Assembly: GCA_002104905.1 (NCBI GenBank)
Contig: MCFE01000035.1
Coordinates: 62,001 to 126,000, forward strand
DNA length: 64,000 nucleotides
Direction: 5' to 3'
From: Basidiobolus meristosporus CBS 931.73
Taxonomy: Eukaryota; Fungi; Basidiobolomycota
This document shows positions 34,151-51,063 of this stretch, in pieces (position 1 is the stretch's first letter; the number at the start of each line of letters is the position of its first letter). A program made the translations under genes and the position numbers. Below the pieces are notes generated by a model that saw only the letters and a list, made by a program, of their open reading frames with translations, did no database searches and was not told the origin of the DNA.

Positions 34151-35440
34151 AGACTTTTACACAAGTTATGAGCCCCAAGCTGTCACACTCTGCCAATACA
34201 TCCATTTAATTTAAAAGAAAACTTGTATTTGGCTGCAATAGTCAATATAAATTTGATGGAATCAAACTTGGCTACTTGTGCAATGATCTCAGTAAAGTCA
34301 GGTCCTTTTGTTTGAGAGTATACTTTGGCCACAAGTCTTGTATTGTATAATTTGATTGTACCATCAGCCTTGTATCCTGTCTTAAAGACACATCTGCCAC
34401 TAACTGATTTTTGATTGATTGGTAATTTGACTAAGCCCCATGTTTGATTTTCCATTAGGGCTTCATATTCCTCAGTTATTGTAGATCTCCAAAACTTTGT
34501 CTGAGGGCTGTTTATGGCCTCTTTTACAGTCTGGGGCTCATCAATATGGACTGAATAGGCCTAGGCTAAGCTTTTACCCTCATTTATATAGTAATTTGGT
34601 CTATTTCTTGCCCAGTTTGATCTCCAGCCATTTCATACTAGAATGATTACTACTGTGATATTCCAGGGCACTGCTTCAGGCTGAACCACAGCTGTAGAGT
34701 CCACTAGAGTGAAAAAACATTTATTGTACTGCTCTGATTCAAACCTGACAATTGGTGGACTTGAGATCAGATTTTTGTCATCATCTGATGTCATTTTTTT
34801 GAAAATTTTGAATTTTTATCAAGCAACACATCCCTGGACTTTATCAGCTTTGTTGACTTGGTATTGTAGAGTCTATAAGCCTTACTCTCATTGCAGTGGC
34901 CCAAAAATATGCATTTCACACTTTTTGGCTCTAATTTTGACTGATTTCCAGTCAGTTTCTTGGCATATGCTCCATATCCAAATATTGTTGGATATTCTTC
35001 ACTTGGTCTATACCCACACCATGTTTCAAATGGGGTAGAATCACAAAGTATTTGCTATAATTCCTATTTTTGAGGTGTACAGCTGTAGTAACTGATTCAG
35101 CCCAAAAATCATAGGATAATTTTGGTCATGGATCATAGATCTTGCCATATAGATTTTTGATCTGTTTGCACATTCTGCTACTTCATTTTAATGTGGAGAG
35201 TATGGTACAGTAGTTTCTTGCCTTTCCAATGAACTTTGCAGAAGTGGATGAAGTGTTCTGAGGTATATTCTCCACAATGGAGAATGTGGAGACTATGGTC
35301 AACAAATAGCCTTACTCTGCAAGCTCAACTACCTTGCTGGAGTGTAGGTTAACCGCCTATGGTTCCAACTCATGTGAAAGTAGCTGTTCTCTTGTTGGTA
35401 ATTCTTCTTGGCAATGATGGGATTCAGTCTGTTATGGGCT
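34150..35440 (-). mobile_element. Ty1/Copia internal fragment (integrase core, then RT N-terminus)
   Basis: Minus strand reads GEYTS...PYSPH*NEVAECANR...FWAESVTTAVHLKNR, then EPRTVKEA...ENQTWGLVKLP...RLVAKVYSQTKGPDFTE. Integrase-before-RT is Copia order. Confidence 0.9.
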
Positions 35441-38140
35441 TACAGCATTAATTGGCAAGAACTGCAGTATTTTTGTATGCTTCCCTGACTCAGGCTTGGG
35501 TAGACATTTTTCCCTTTACCTTTTCCTTTATCACGGCCAGGTCTTTCACTGCTACTTTGTCTGAGTGCTTCTTCAGTTGATCTACATTTTCACTTTGCTA
35601 AATGCTGCTGTGATACATCTGTTTTGGCCTGCTTGTCCCTTGCTGGCACTCTGCAAGCAACCTGATGTTTCTTTTCAGCTTGTTTTGAGCTCTCAACTGT
35701 AATTGTGATGACAACAAACCTGTAATTCAATGTGCATATTGACTTAATAGTATGCCTAAGAATCAAAATGATCTGATCAAAATACTAATCATTAGCTTTG
35801 ATCAGTAATACAGGCTTGAATAATGCTCTGAGTCTAATTGTCAGATTGTACTAATGATATATATCCTCTGGGCTATTCAATGCTTCTTATTTGAGCAAAA
35901 CTAGTCCACTTTTGGTCAAGTTGAGGTTTTGTCATTTACAGCGGATCTGGAGTTTCCCTATTTCTGGGTAACAGTCTAATTCATTTAAACAACTTCCCTG
36001 TATGTCCATATTAGGCTCAGGAACAGTTACTTCCATCATATAGACTCTATATGAGGTAAAAGACAATACCTATATTGGGCCAAGCTAAGGTTTGTCATTT
36101 ATGCCTGATCTGGATTATCCTCATTTCCTGGCATTATGGCACATATAACATGGCCAAAAAAAAAATTTTTGCTAAGCCCTGAGCTAGGACAGCCTGCTCC
36201 CACTTGAACCGCAACTGTTTAGTGATTTAGATCCACCAAAATGATCTAGAATGGTCACCTTGTCATCCTTAAGTAGCAGTAACTTTATTTGGACTTCCTT
36301 TACTGTAGATTCAGCATCCATTTGATTCTTGATTTACCCAGTTTGGTATCAGAGAGTACAATAGGTTGCTAAGTAGCTACTTTTAGAGTGCTTCTACTGA
36401 TTTGGATTGATACAGCTGCTTTTGTCTTATCAGAATATACTTGTAGAGTAGAGATTGGCGCTTTTCTGGATGTGAGATTCTTCTTGACAAGGGCTTAGAT
36501 TATCCTTATTCTCCTGATAGTTATTTTCAGCCTTGAGCTCAGTTTGCAAGGCTAGCACATCTCCTCAGTGTCTTCAGAACTCATAAAAACTTTCTGTTTA
36601 ATCCTTGCACCTTTTTCTTCCAGCTCCATAGAGAGCAGACATCAAGACTTCTGCATCAAATAATATGCTCCAATATATACTACAATATCCTACAGATCTT
36701 GTTGAAGTTTCAAGGCTCTTCTGGGGTTTCTAGCTTGAGAACCTTGTACAAGAGGCTTCATTGGGCATAGCTGCAATATCATATAGACCAAATATAGGCT
36801 ACATAGGTTTTGGCTCCATCTGGGAAGTACCCTGATTTGTGGTAGTGGTATTTTCCCATTTTTCTTCTTTTTCTTTTTCTGCTGATGATTCAAGGGAGAA
36901 TCCTTTGGTGGGATGGTTCTGGACTTCCTTACAGATGAGACCATGGTGTGTTTGAGCATAGAAGGCCTCATGACATCATTGGTCCAGAATATTTGACTAT
37001 TAGAGAGTGATATAGTCAAAATCAGCATCCACTTAGATCAATCATAACATCTGATAGAGTTGACCAAATTTGATCAAATAAATTGGATTTGAAAGCTAGC
37101 TTCATCAGTGCATTGGTATCAGACTGCAATATAGCAGCTTTTGAGTTGCAGAGCTTGGCAATGACTTAGTCAGTCAAAACTCTTCTGATCTGATCCAGAG
37201 AATCAAATATGACCATATTTAGCTCCTGGTGCATTGGTTTCAGTATCAAAATACTTGATGCAAATATAGCATTCTTCCATTGGATTGTGTTGTACATATC
37301 CATACCCCAGGTGGATATTTATGTATTATAAATCATTAGGATCTTTACAATTCAGGGAGCTTGTTTCTGAGATCTTTTTCCATTAATACGTAGTTCAAAA
37401 TGGCGGCTAACAGCTCCAGTGCTTGCATTCTCAGCCTTATTTTAAGTGGCAACGGATTTGGTAAAATCTTCCTCTGGCAGTCATTCATGATGATCTATTC
37501 TTTTTTTTGAATTCAAGGTAATAACCTATCCAAAAGCTCATCTGACAGTCAACTCAGGTCATATAAGTACATATAACAAAATATTTCAATGTAGATCTGG
37601 CCCATCAATTGCTGGAATTACGCAATTTTCTTCAGGAGTGGTAGAGCACCAACATACTATATTTCTTGACATATTTATATGTCAGCTTAATAGACTCACC
37701 TTTACAACTAACTGAGTAGTTACTGAATGAGTCTCTGAAGGCAAGGCCTTTTTCTCCATAGCAATATCCTCATGAACATAGTCCTTTGAGCAGCAGTAGT
37801 CATCTTCAACTTTGGCAGAGCAATAGTGCAGAAAGTCTTTCTCCGGACTAGCAGAAAATGATCCAAGGCAAAGTAGACACCAAGAGGACAGCAAGCTTGG
37901 GGCTCATAACCTGTTGCAATATTCTGAGGAGTATTGTCAATGATGTGGAGAACAAGAGGATTTATATGTTATTCACTTGTAGATTTATTGATCAAAAGTG
38001 TGGTATTTATACTTTTGATAAAGTAGAGCAATCAAATGTGTATAGTTTGTTAAGGAGTATCCCAAGAGTATGTGGATCAAGTTTGGGGGCTTTTGGACAA
38101 CTTTGAGAAAGATCATAATCTAGTTACCTGATAATTTGGT

Positions 38141-38388
38141 GAAAATATTCTAAGTAAATCCCAACAAGGAATTTGGTCAGTATTCCCTAGGATTTCAAGG
38201 TAAAGATCCAAGTGACTAAGTCAGGTGAGTATTTAGGTGGAAATACAAACTCTTACAACATCCCTTAGTTGAAAATATTGAAAGTAAACCCCATCAAGAA
38301 ATTTGGTCAGGATTCTCCAAGATTTGTAGGTAATAATCTGAGTGACAAAGTTAGGTGAATATCTAGGTGTAAGTATGAAACTTACAAT
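38141..38388 (+). repeat. Imperfect tandem duplication of a ~129-bp unit
   Basis: TGAAAATATT...AAG.AATTTGGTCAG...AGGTGA.TAT.TAGGTG...CTTACAA occurs at ~38141 and ~38270. Confidence 0.8.
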
Positions 38389-40160
38389 AGTAGGCAGTGT
38401 GAAAGTGGCACTGGCCAATCAATGTGCACAAATGGGTGAGATGATTGAGTGTCTGAGATTAGAAAGTCAGTGAAATGGCAGAGAATCAATCAAAAGCAAC
38501 TGAAGGGCCATTGAGGTGAAGACTTTTGAACAAGTGTTTTGCAAAATCTGAGGTGCAGTGTTTTTCTGAGTGCTTTTACATGATGTCTGGATGGTAACAA
38601 TACCACTTTGCAATGGGATTTAAATCCTATGATGACCCTTTGACAGGATCATCACAATTATTTTTTGTAGTGGCAAATTAACTCAAGATTTGTTGGCTGT
38701 GATCTAACCATTTAACTTGATGGAATATCTAGGTGTATTTACAAAATTTTCAATAGGCACAAGCTGGGAGTATGGTATATCTGAATTGTCAATGGAAATA
38801 GACCCACCTAGTATGCACCAAAAGTAATAGCACCAGTGGAGCCAGTAAATAAGGAGTGCAAAAAAGAGGCAATAGTCAATCTGTATACAAGTGCATAGGA
38901 GCAGATTGAGTACCTGAGATTGGGAAGTGAGAGAAGGTAGAGAACCAATCTACAGCAACCTAGAGGTGGTTGAATTTAAAAATTTGTCCCCCCAGTCACC
39001 TCCAATATCTCAAAAACTCTTGCAACATGATAAACCTTCAAGAGGATTGTTGATCTGGGCACATAACCAGTGGCAAAGATTTGGGGATATAGGGGGTGAT
39101 GGGGTGATGGGGTGAGCAAGTAGACTATGCAGCTGTCACATCATGATTGATTGAATTCAAAAGTGCCAGGTATACTTCACCAAGGTTTTGGTAAAAAGAA
39201 ACATGTGGAATAGGTTGAGGAATGCTACAAGAGCAGATGTGCCAAGGTTGGGGATTTGTCTGACTGCTTGGGGGATTTTAATTTTCTATGGATTGGGGAG
39301 CACTGCAGAAATAGGGAAGCTGCAAGGCTTTGCACAGACCTTTCCACCCAACACCCTTGTCTTTGGTTTTATGCAGATCCACCAAAAGCAGAATGCTTTA
39401 TCTCAACTTGGTGGACCCAACAGTGAAAACACCCTGCTCATTACCACCAAATCACACCGAGTCCCTGCTCTAGTTGCTTCAAGACGCCTGGAAGCACGTG
39501 CGGGTTAGATGGAAGTGGCGATGGCCTTTTGCTTCGCCATAGGGTAAGCCACACCTCAAGACCATGTCCCAACGGATTGCTTCCAGATAAACTACATCCG
39601 GAGCGACCAGGATGGTATTGAGGGGCCGACGAAAATATGGGAAAGACACCATTCGTTGAGTAATTTACAGCCAACAAGAAGGGTGGCGTTGGGAAGGGGG
39701 GTTGACGTATGGTTGAATTTTCACACGCATCGCGTTAGCGCTTACGCGAGAATCCACCCTGATGAAATTCCCGTAGCTCACGAAATCCACCGGGCACACT
39801 GATCCATCAGTTCCTCGAAAGATCTACTCCTAGCTCCATATACAACGGGACCAATCAAAGCCCCCCTCGCTGGTTCCCAGGGAAGGAATCCCGTCCCCGA
39901 TGGGAACCTAACCGAGCTTAAGCAATCGTCGAACCCAGGTTGGTGAGAATCGAGGATGAAGTGAAAATCTTACAGGTGGGAGGATGGGGGATCTAGGTTG
40001 CCTGAAAGGCTGGCTCGCCGCACCAGCAGATGTTACGCAACAACCCTCTCACGTGACCCTGGGGAGGATACGAGTCAGATGCGAGGAAAATATAGCCAGG
40101 GTGCAGGTCGGATTAGATGTAGGAGGATTGAAGGCACGAGAGAGACGACCCACAGTAAGC

Positions 40161-42067
40161 ATGTTTCGACTAGCAGGAATTAGAAAAGTGGTGACCAGTA
40201 GCCTACACGGGAAAGTTAGTATTCGAAGGTTTCGTTACGTTCACCCATACCGCCTCCCCATCTCCCTTCCCCCTTCCTTTTCTCCTTCAGCTTACCCACA
40301 CCGCCCACAACGAAATTGCTAAAACCCCGGTCTATTGAAAACCACAGCCAGTTCGAGCATATTCGAACTTTCGCACTCAGAACGTGGGTACCAACCTGGT
40401 GGTCACCCTGGACAAACCACAGGCGCTGAATGCCCTGGATTTCGACCTGTGTCGGGACCTGAAAAGCGTCATCCAGGTAAGGAACCACCCCTGAGGCCTC
40501 TGAGTCCATGCTCCACTCAACCCTCAAACCCACCCGTAGGAAAGCAACCAGAATGACGTCGGCATGGTCCTGCTCAAGTCTAGCGCCGCAAAAGCCTTTT
40601 GTGCCGGCGGAGATGTTCGAGGTAAGTTGTGAGGGGGAGGGAAAGGAAGGGTGGTGAAGTTACGGCACCCACCGCTCACCTTTCCTTAGAACTGATAGGT
40701 ATGATCAAGGAGAACCCCGCCAAGGCCAGGGAGTACTTCCGTATGGAATACGGCTTGGACTACGCGGTGGCCACCTCAAAGACACCCATCGTGGCGCTCA
40801 TGAACGGCATCACAAGTAAGTGGATATTTGCCAGAGAATCAATGCGTATCCCACCTGCTCACCTCGGATCCAGTGGGTGGCGGCTGCGGTATCTCGGTCC
40901 ACGCACCCTTCCGGGTGGCCACCGAGACCACCCTGATGGCGATGCCGGAGACCCGTATCGGGCTATTTCCCGACGTAGGAAGCACTTTTTTCCTGTCCCG
41001 AATGGACGGGGAGTTGGGAGTCTACCTGGGACTTACTGGAGATCGTTTGAAGGGAGAGGACGCATTGTAGGTGAATCCACGTACCTCGCACCGTCACACA
41101 CCCATGTGCACCCATAGCTAACTCCTTCCCAGCCACATCGGACTCGCGACCCACTACGTACCCTCCTCACAGCTGCCCAGCCTCGAGCGAGACCTGTGCG
41201 AGTTGGACACGCCCGACTCGGAGGTGATCAACCAGGTGATCCAGGAATACTCGGAAGAAAGCGAACAGCCGTTCAGTCTCGACCACGCCAGACCGGTCAT
41301 CGACAAGTGGGTATATCTCGGGTCTTCTCACCATGCCACAGTGACTGAGCTCGTTTAGGTGCTTCCGATACGACACCATGGAGGAGATCATCCAGGCGTT
41401 GACCGACGTGGGAGATGAGTTCTCGAAGCAGACGTTGGAGACGTTGGGTCAGATGTCCCCAACCAGCTTGAAGGTAACGGTGGGAGAGGGTCGAATCTCT
41501 CGTCGATGGACCACTGACTGTTGTGCTAGATCACGTTGAAAAGCATCAGAGCCGCGAGGACATTGAGCATCGCGGACGCATTCAAGATGGAGTACAAATT
41601 AGCCCTGAAATGTCTGGTAAGTCGGACTCCTCTGGACCATTCATTCAGCCACCTGCTGACCCTAAGCGTACCAGGAGGGGCACGATTTCCCCGAGGGAGT
41701 CACCAAACAGCTCGTCACCAAGACACGGGACCCTCAGTGGAAACCGGCCACCCTCGCCGAGGTCCCCCTGGCCGAGGTCGAGAAGTATTTCAATTGGGAA
41801 CCCTCGGAACCGTTGGAGATCCCCGACGAGCTGACCTACATGGAATACCCACATCTGAAAAACGCGCTACCGAGCGAACGGGAGGTGCAGCATCTACTTA
41901 GCGGCGAGAATCCCGACGCGGGGTCGATGCAGCTCGACCGAGCGGCGATCATGACCTGGTTCGAGACGGACCGGATGGAGAAGCCCGGGGTGACGAAGAA
42001 GGTGCTGGAGATACTCTCACGCAAGACGGCGGTCACGGCGGAGGGTCAACTCAAGTGGACCCCCTGA
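40161..42067 (+). CDS. EHD3: 3-hydroxyisobutyryl-CoA hydrolase, mitochondrial (crotonase family), ~8 exons
   Basis: Spliced exons give [62 protein letters not shown] and DFPEGV. The N-terminus looks like a presequence. The first intron boundary is uncertain. Confidence 0.92.
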
Positions 42068-42111
42068 TGGTTTATTTAGGAATGTTTGAGTGAAGTAAAC
42101 GATAGGTGAAC

Positions 42112-42923
42112 CTAATGGAACACCTTGCGAAAGGTCAGGTTGATTCTGGTTTGGTACAGGGCGGAGGGTCTCTTGGGCAGCGCATGCTTCCAGTATTTCT
42201 GGGTTAACCCGGACATGACGAGGGTAGACCCGTGCTCCAGATGGTACTCTATCTTGAGGGATTTGTCTAATTTGTGTTGGAAGAAGAACGGCCGAGCTTG
42301 GCCAAACGAGGTCGAGGCGATGATGGGTCGCTCCCCGAGAGAGCTCTCGTTGTCTAGAGATGGGTAGGAAGGCGGGGTTAGCCGCTTCGGTTTACGTATG
42401 CCTCAACCTGAGGGGGAGAGGGGGAGAGGGGGAGTTGGTGTTTACCTGAATGGTAGCCCATGTATTCGGCGCCACTTGTATACCTGTTGCACAGAACAAA
42501 GTTGAAATAATCCCTGGGTAGCTCCAGGGTGTCTTCCAACGAGTTTGCTATCTCCTTGACCACCGGGTCCCACGCTGTGGGCCCCAAGGTCAGACCAGAA
42601 TAGGTGTACTGCTTGTCGCCGATGTAAGCGATGGTCCGGGGTTGCTGCACAACCTTGCCGAACATCTTGATTGGATACCTCTTCCACTCGAGGTTTTCTT
42701 CCAAGTATTCCAGATAGCGATCGGCCTGTTCTTTGGTAAAGTATCGAGGGTAATAAGTCAAGGTCCCAGTGCCACCTTGAAGCTCGCGTATTTCCGGGGG
42801 TTTGATGACGACGGGGTCGGGTTCAGGTGTGTTCGTGGTAGCAGCAGAAGGCGATCCGCGAGGTTTTTTGTTTAGCCAAGCGGTGATATTCGGCTGGCTA
42901 AGCTTTCGGGATGGTTTGCTCAT
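42112..42923 (-). CDS. AlkB-family Fe(II)/2-oxoglutarate dioxygenase (ALKBH2/ALKBH3-like), 2 exons
   Basis: QPRTIAY, NFVLCNRY, an H-S-D motif formed across the intron (CAT TCA G|AC), HALPKR and RINLTFRK. Confidence 0.9.
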
Positions 42924-43214
42924 TTTGTGACAAGCCTGGTGAGGTGGACCTGCAGGCAATATAAAGGAACTATGCTGCGGTGGTGTCTCCTAGCATCGGA
43001 CTGAATGGAAGATCGGTTCAACATATGGGATCGACCAGAATCCATCAAGTTGCTTCGACCAAAGATTTGGTGATTCTGTGACAGCGCTGATAAGCGCGAT
43101 CCTCGGGAACCCAGCCAATCCAGTTCGAGGGCTCCCAAAAAAAAAGAGCTCACTTCGTTAGCCCCATTACCGCTACCACCACCAAGGAACTCTAACTTCG
43201 CCAAGGTCGGTAAG

Positions 43215-44350
43215 ATGGCCAAGTCCAAATACGAATATGTCAAGTTCTTTGAAAAGGACGACTCCCTGTTGAAGAATACTTGGATGGTGGTTCGCATAGA
43301 TGGGCGTGGCTTCCATAAGTAAGTACTCTGTCAGCGTCATTGTCGGGCCCTTTTTACTGAGGGAGGCATCTCTATTTAGGTTTACTGCTGCCCACTCCTT
43401 CCAAAAGCCCAATGATCCTCGGGGCCTATCTTTAATGAACAGAGCAGCTCAGGAGGTTATGCTTCAGGTTCACGATATTATCTTGGGATATGGAGAGAGC
43501 GACGAATACAGGTGAGCAAGAAGGTCCGACACCCCCACCCGCCCATAGTACTTACCCTCTTCTTGCTAATCAGTTTCGTTCTTTCGAAGAAAACCTCATT
43601 ATACAACCGACGGGAGAGGTAATTGGAAACAGTGAGCACTTAACTCCGACAATTACTTATTGTCACGTTCATTCCATGTAGTAAAATTTGTTCGACCGTT
43701 GTCAGTTTATTTACTGCAAACTATCTGTTCTATTGGAAGGAGTACTTCCCAGACTTACCTCTTCAATATCCTCCATGCTTCGATGGGCGTATTGTATTAT
43801 ACCCTTCAGATGAAAATCTTCGAGACTACCTAAGCTGGCGCCAGGCGGATTGTAATGTTCTACCAAACATTGCTTCACCTTGGGGTGAATACTAACCACC
43901 TAATTCAGGCCACATTAATAATCTTTATAACACTTGCTTCTGGACCATCGTGCAGTCAGGCAAAACCGAGACCGAGGCGGAAGCTGAGCTACGTGTAAGG
44001 AGGATTCTTGGTTGAGATGAGGCAATATGTTCTAAACCAAGCTTGTTTTGCAGGGAACCGTCTCTTCGCAGAAGAACGAGTTACTGTTCACGAAGTACGG
44101 AATCAACTATAGCACGCTTCCCGCGATGTATAGAAGAGGCAGCGTTCTTGTCAGGGATAAAGTACGAACATTCAGCACGCTTCCTAATTCACCAACTGTG
44201 GTCTAACCTTACGACCTCTAGATCGATGTCCACACCACCAACTCCTCAGGCAAAGAAGTTACACGTAAAAAGTCCGCCATCCTTATCCTGCACGACGATA
44301 TCATTGGGAACGCGTTTTGGAAAGAGCGGAAGCACCTCTTGATGTCCTAA
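43215..44350 (+). CDS. THG1: tRNA(His) guanylyltransferase, ~6 exons
   Basis: [52 protein letters not shown] and [10 protein letters not shown]. Confidence 0.95.
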
Positions 44351-44651
44351 GGGAGTAGATCGGATCTTACTCCTCGAATCCAGCACCAATAGAGAAATGA
44401 ATTCTTGAAATAAAATGAAATAAATGGTTACCAACAATACGACTGGCACAAAATGTGACATGCATGATTGATGCAATTATTTCGTTAGATCAGCTCGATT
44501 GTTTGCTCAGGCATTAGTTTCGACTTCAATGAGCCAATTCCGTAGCGCAACGGGCATTGTCTCCCCATTTACATAAATACGGAACAACAGCCAACGGAAA
44601 GCTGTGCAAGCACAAGAGCATCTAATCCACAGTACTCTCTTCTCTAACCCA

Positions 44652-45128
44652 ATGTTCCACACCGCCAGACACCTATCCGCCAGCTTCCTTGTCGTCCTCC
44701 TCTCAAGTGGGCTCGCCAACTCCGCCAACCTTTCCCGCGATTGCGAGGACTGCATGATCGGGCACCTATTGCGCATCCCTGGTTGCTCTCAGTCGAAACT
44801 CGCTCTCCCGTTTCTACCCAGCAATCCAGACTTCGATCAGCAATGCCATTGCAACCTGGTGCAGAGTGACAGATGGGCCTCCGCATGCGAACGCGTATGT
44901 GCCAGCTCAAATGCCGTGGTCCAGCTGAATTTGGAACTCGTCGCCACCCAGCCTTCCAACTGCCCGGCATCTAATCTTAATCAAATCACCAACAGTGCCA
45001 CCGTAAAAGACCCTGTGCTCGTGGAGGTAGATGCAGCCCAATACACATCTTCAGGGGCGGCCTTCAGCAAAGTGCCAACTGTAACCTCAATGGGCATACT
45101 GATGGTGGCCATCCACTGGTTGATGTGA
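44652..45128 (+). CDS. Small secreted 8-cysteine protein, probably GPI-anchored, CFEM-like
   Basis: Hydrophobic N-terminal signal, C-x2-C-x10-C-x19-C-x-C-x11-C-x3-C-x20-C, Ser/Thr linker, SSG omega-like site and hydrophobic tail. Single exon, 158 aa from the ATG at 44652. Confidence 0.65.
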   Translation: MFHTARHLSASFLVVLLSSGLANSANLSRDCEDCMIGHLLRIPGCSQSKLALPFLPSNPDFDQQCHCNLVQSDRWASACERVCASSNAVVQLNLELVATQPSNCPASNLNQITNSATVKDPVLVEVDAAQYTSSGAAFSKVPTVTSMGILMVAIHWLM

Positions 45129-45481
45129 GGTGAGTGAATCAAGGATATCACTGATCATCATAGCATAGACATGTCTCGGTTTGCAGATTTCCATTTGTTT
45201 AATTAAATAAAAACGCAGACTGACTTTGGTGAGGGAAAATACAAAAAGAAACTATGACGAAGAAAATATACTTTTGAAGATCATCTCGAATTTAACATGT
45301 CCAGAAAAGTCCCTACTCATTTGAAATTCATCCTTGAAGACAGTTGGGGTTGGGTTGGGTTGGTTTCGTGGGCTATAGTTTTGGGTTAATGTATATAACG
45401 ATGGGAAGGGTGTCGTGGGATTTGATGAACTGAGATGCGCCAAACGGAGGCTTGGGCAAATAGTACAACATACTGGTGATT

Positions 45482-50165
<4,684 letters not shown>

Positions 50166-51063
50166 GGAGTTATCTTCCTGCTTTATAGTGCGAGATAAGA
50201 TTTCGTTAACATAAATTCCAACTGATAAGTGGTTCTAAAGACTGCATTGCGGTATAGGAGTGAAAGAGAAAGGGAATCAATCACGGGAGTCAGAAATCGC
50301 ACCACCAAACAATCAAAAACAAGGGGCGCATTTAGCAAACCTACCATATTTGAGTTTCTATTGTAATACTTTAAGACAAGATGAACGAAGACTAAAAGGC
50401 AGGCAAGAACTACTGGATGTGAAAGTGGTAAATCGGTAATGTGGATAAGGAATTCAATTGTTGCGAACGGAAACCGAACCTACTACGTTCAGTCGTTATT
50501 CAAACAAACAGTGGGCCAGAAATTGGATTGATTTATTTAAAAGGGACCGAGAAGATCTCGTTATACGCAAGCTCTTATCAGTTCATTTTTAAATTGATTC
50601 TATTAAGTATATATGCTCTTGATTGCGTGCCCCAGAATCATTATTCAAATTGCTAGTAGGCGAAAGTATGGGATTTCTTCACCGGGAACCAATAAGAAGA
50701 TCCGAATGAGCGCAAAATGATTGCATTTATATGCCGATCTTTTGTGTACTTTACGAAGCACTAGCCTGACTCAATGTAAGCGAGTGTCAGCTGCGACAGA
50801 CATGGTTGCTATTTTGTCATCATCCATCTATCATATGGAAGAGAAATCCAGTATGCTTACGTCATCTATCCATTCTTCAGATGAGATAGTTTGTGACCCA
50901 AATGGACTTCCCGAAAATGGGTTGGCAGCCTAGAATTCACATGCCTAACCCTCTCTATTTATTCGGGTCAGTGATGCTGGATTAATGATGAGGGGAGGGA
51001 AAGATAGGTGGATGGTGGATAGTGGATTACATTAGGGTATATTTGGTTTACTCGTACAAGTAC

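Noticed and set aside
1-39450. Classical Neurospora-type RIP as the cause of TE decay
   Set aside because: CpA/TpG are abundant rather than depleted, and copy-to-copy changes centre on CpG. Methyl-CpG deamination, or a CpG-directed RIP-like process, fits better; a context analysis is needed.
39188-39677. ORFs 39188-39508 (+) and 39441-39677 (-) straddling the CpG boundary
   Set aside because: No recognisable motif, alternative start codons, and no coherent splice pattern.
39740-39810. CTGATGA...CGAAA, resembling a hammerhead ribozyme core
   Set aside because: The bases between CTGATGA and GAAA (AATTCCCGTAGCTCAC) cannot form stem II, and no stems I/III were found.
40629-41117. 162-aa ORF in the track, and similar overlapping or antisense ORFs throughout 40-63 kb (e.g. 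60693-61163, 57622-58059, 56092-56562)
   Set aside because: These are intron read-through or antisense shadows of the identified genes.
50200-51060. Possible ncRNA or small gene between UBP15 and TFIIIA
   Set aside because: No tRNA boxes, snRNA or 5S motifs recognised; the short ORFs have no features.
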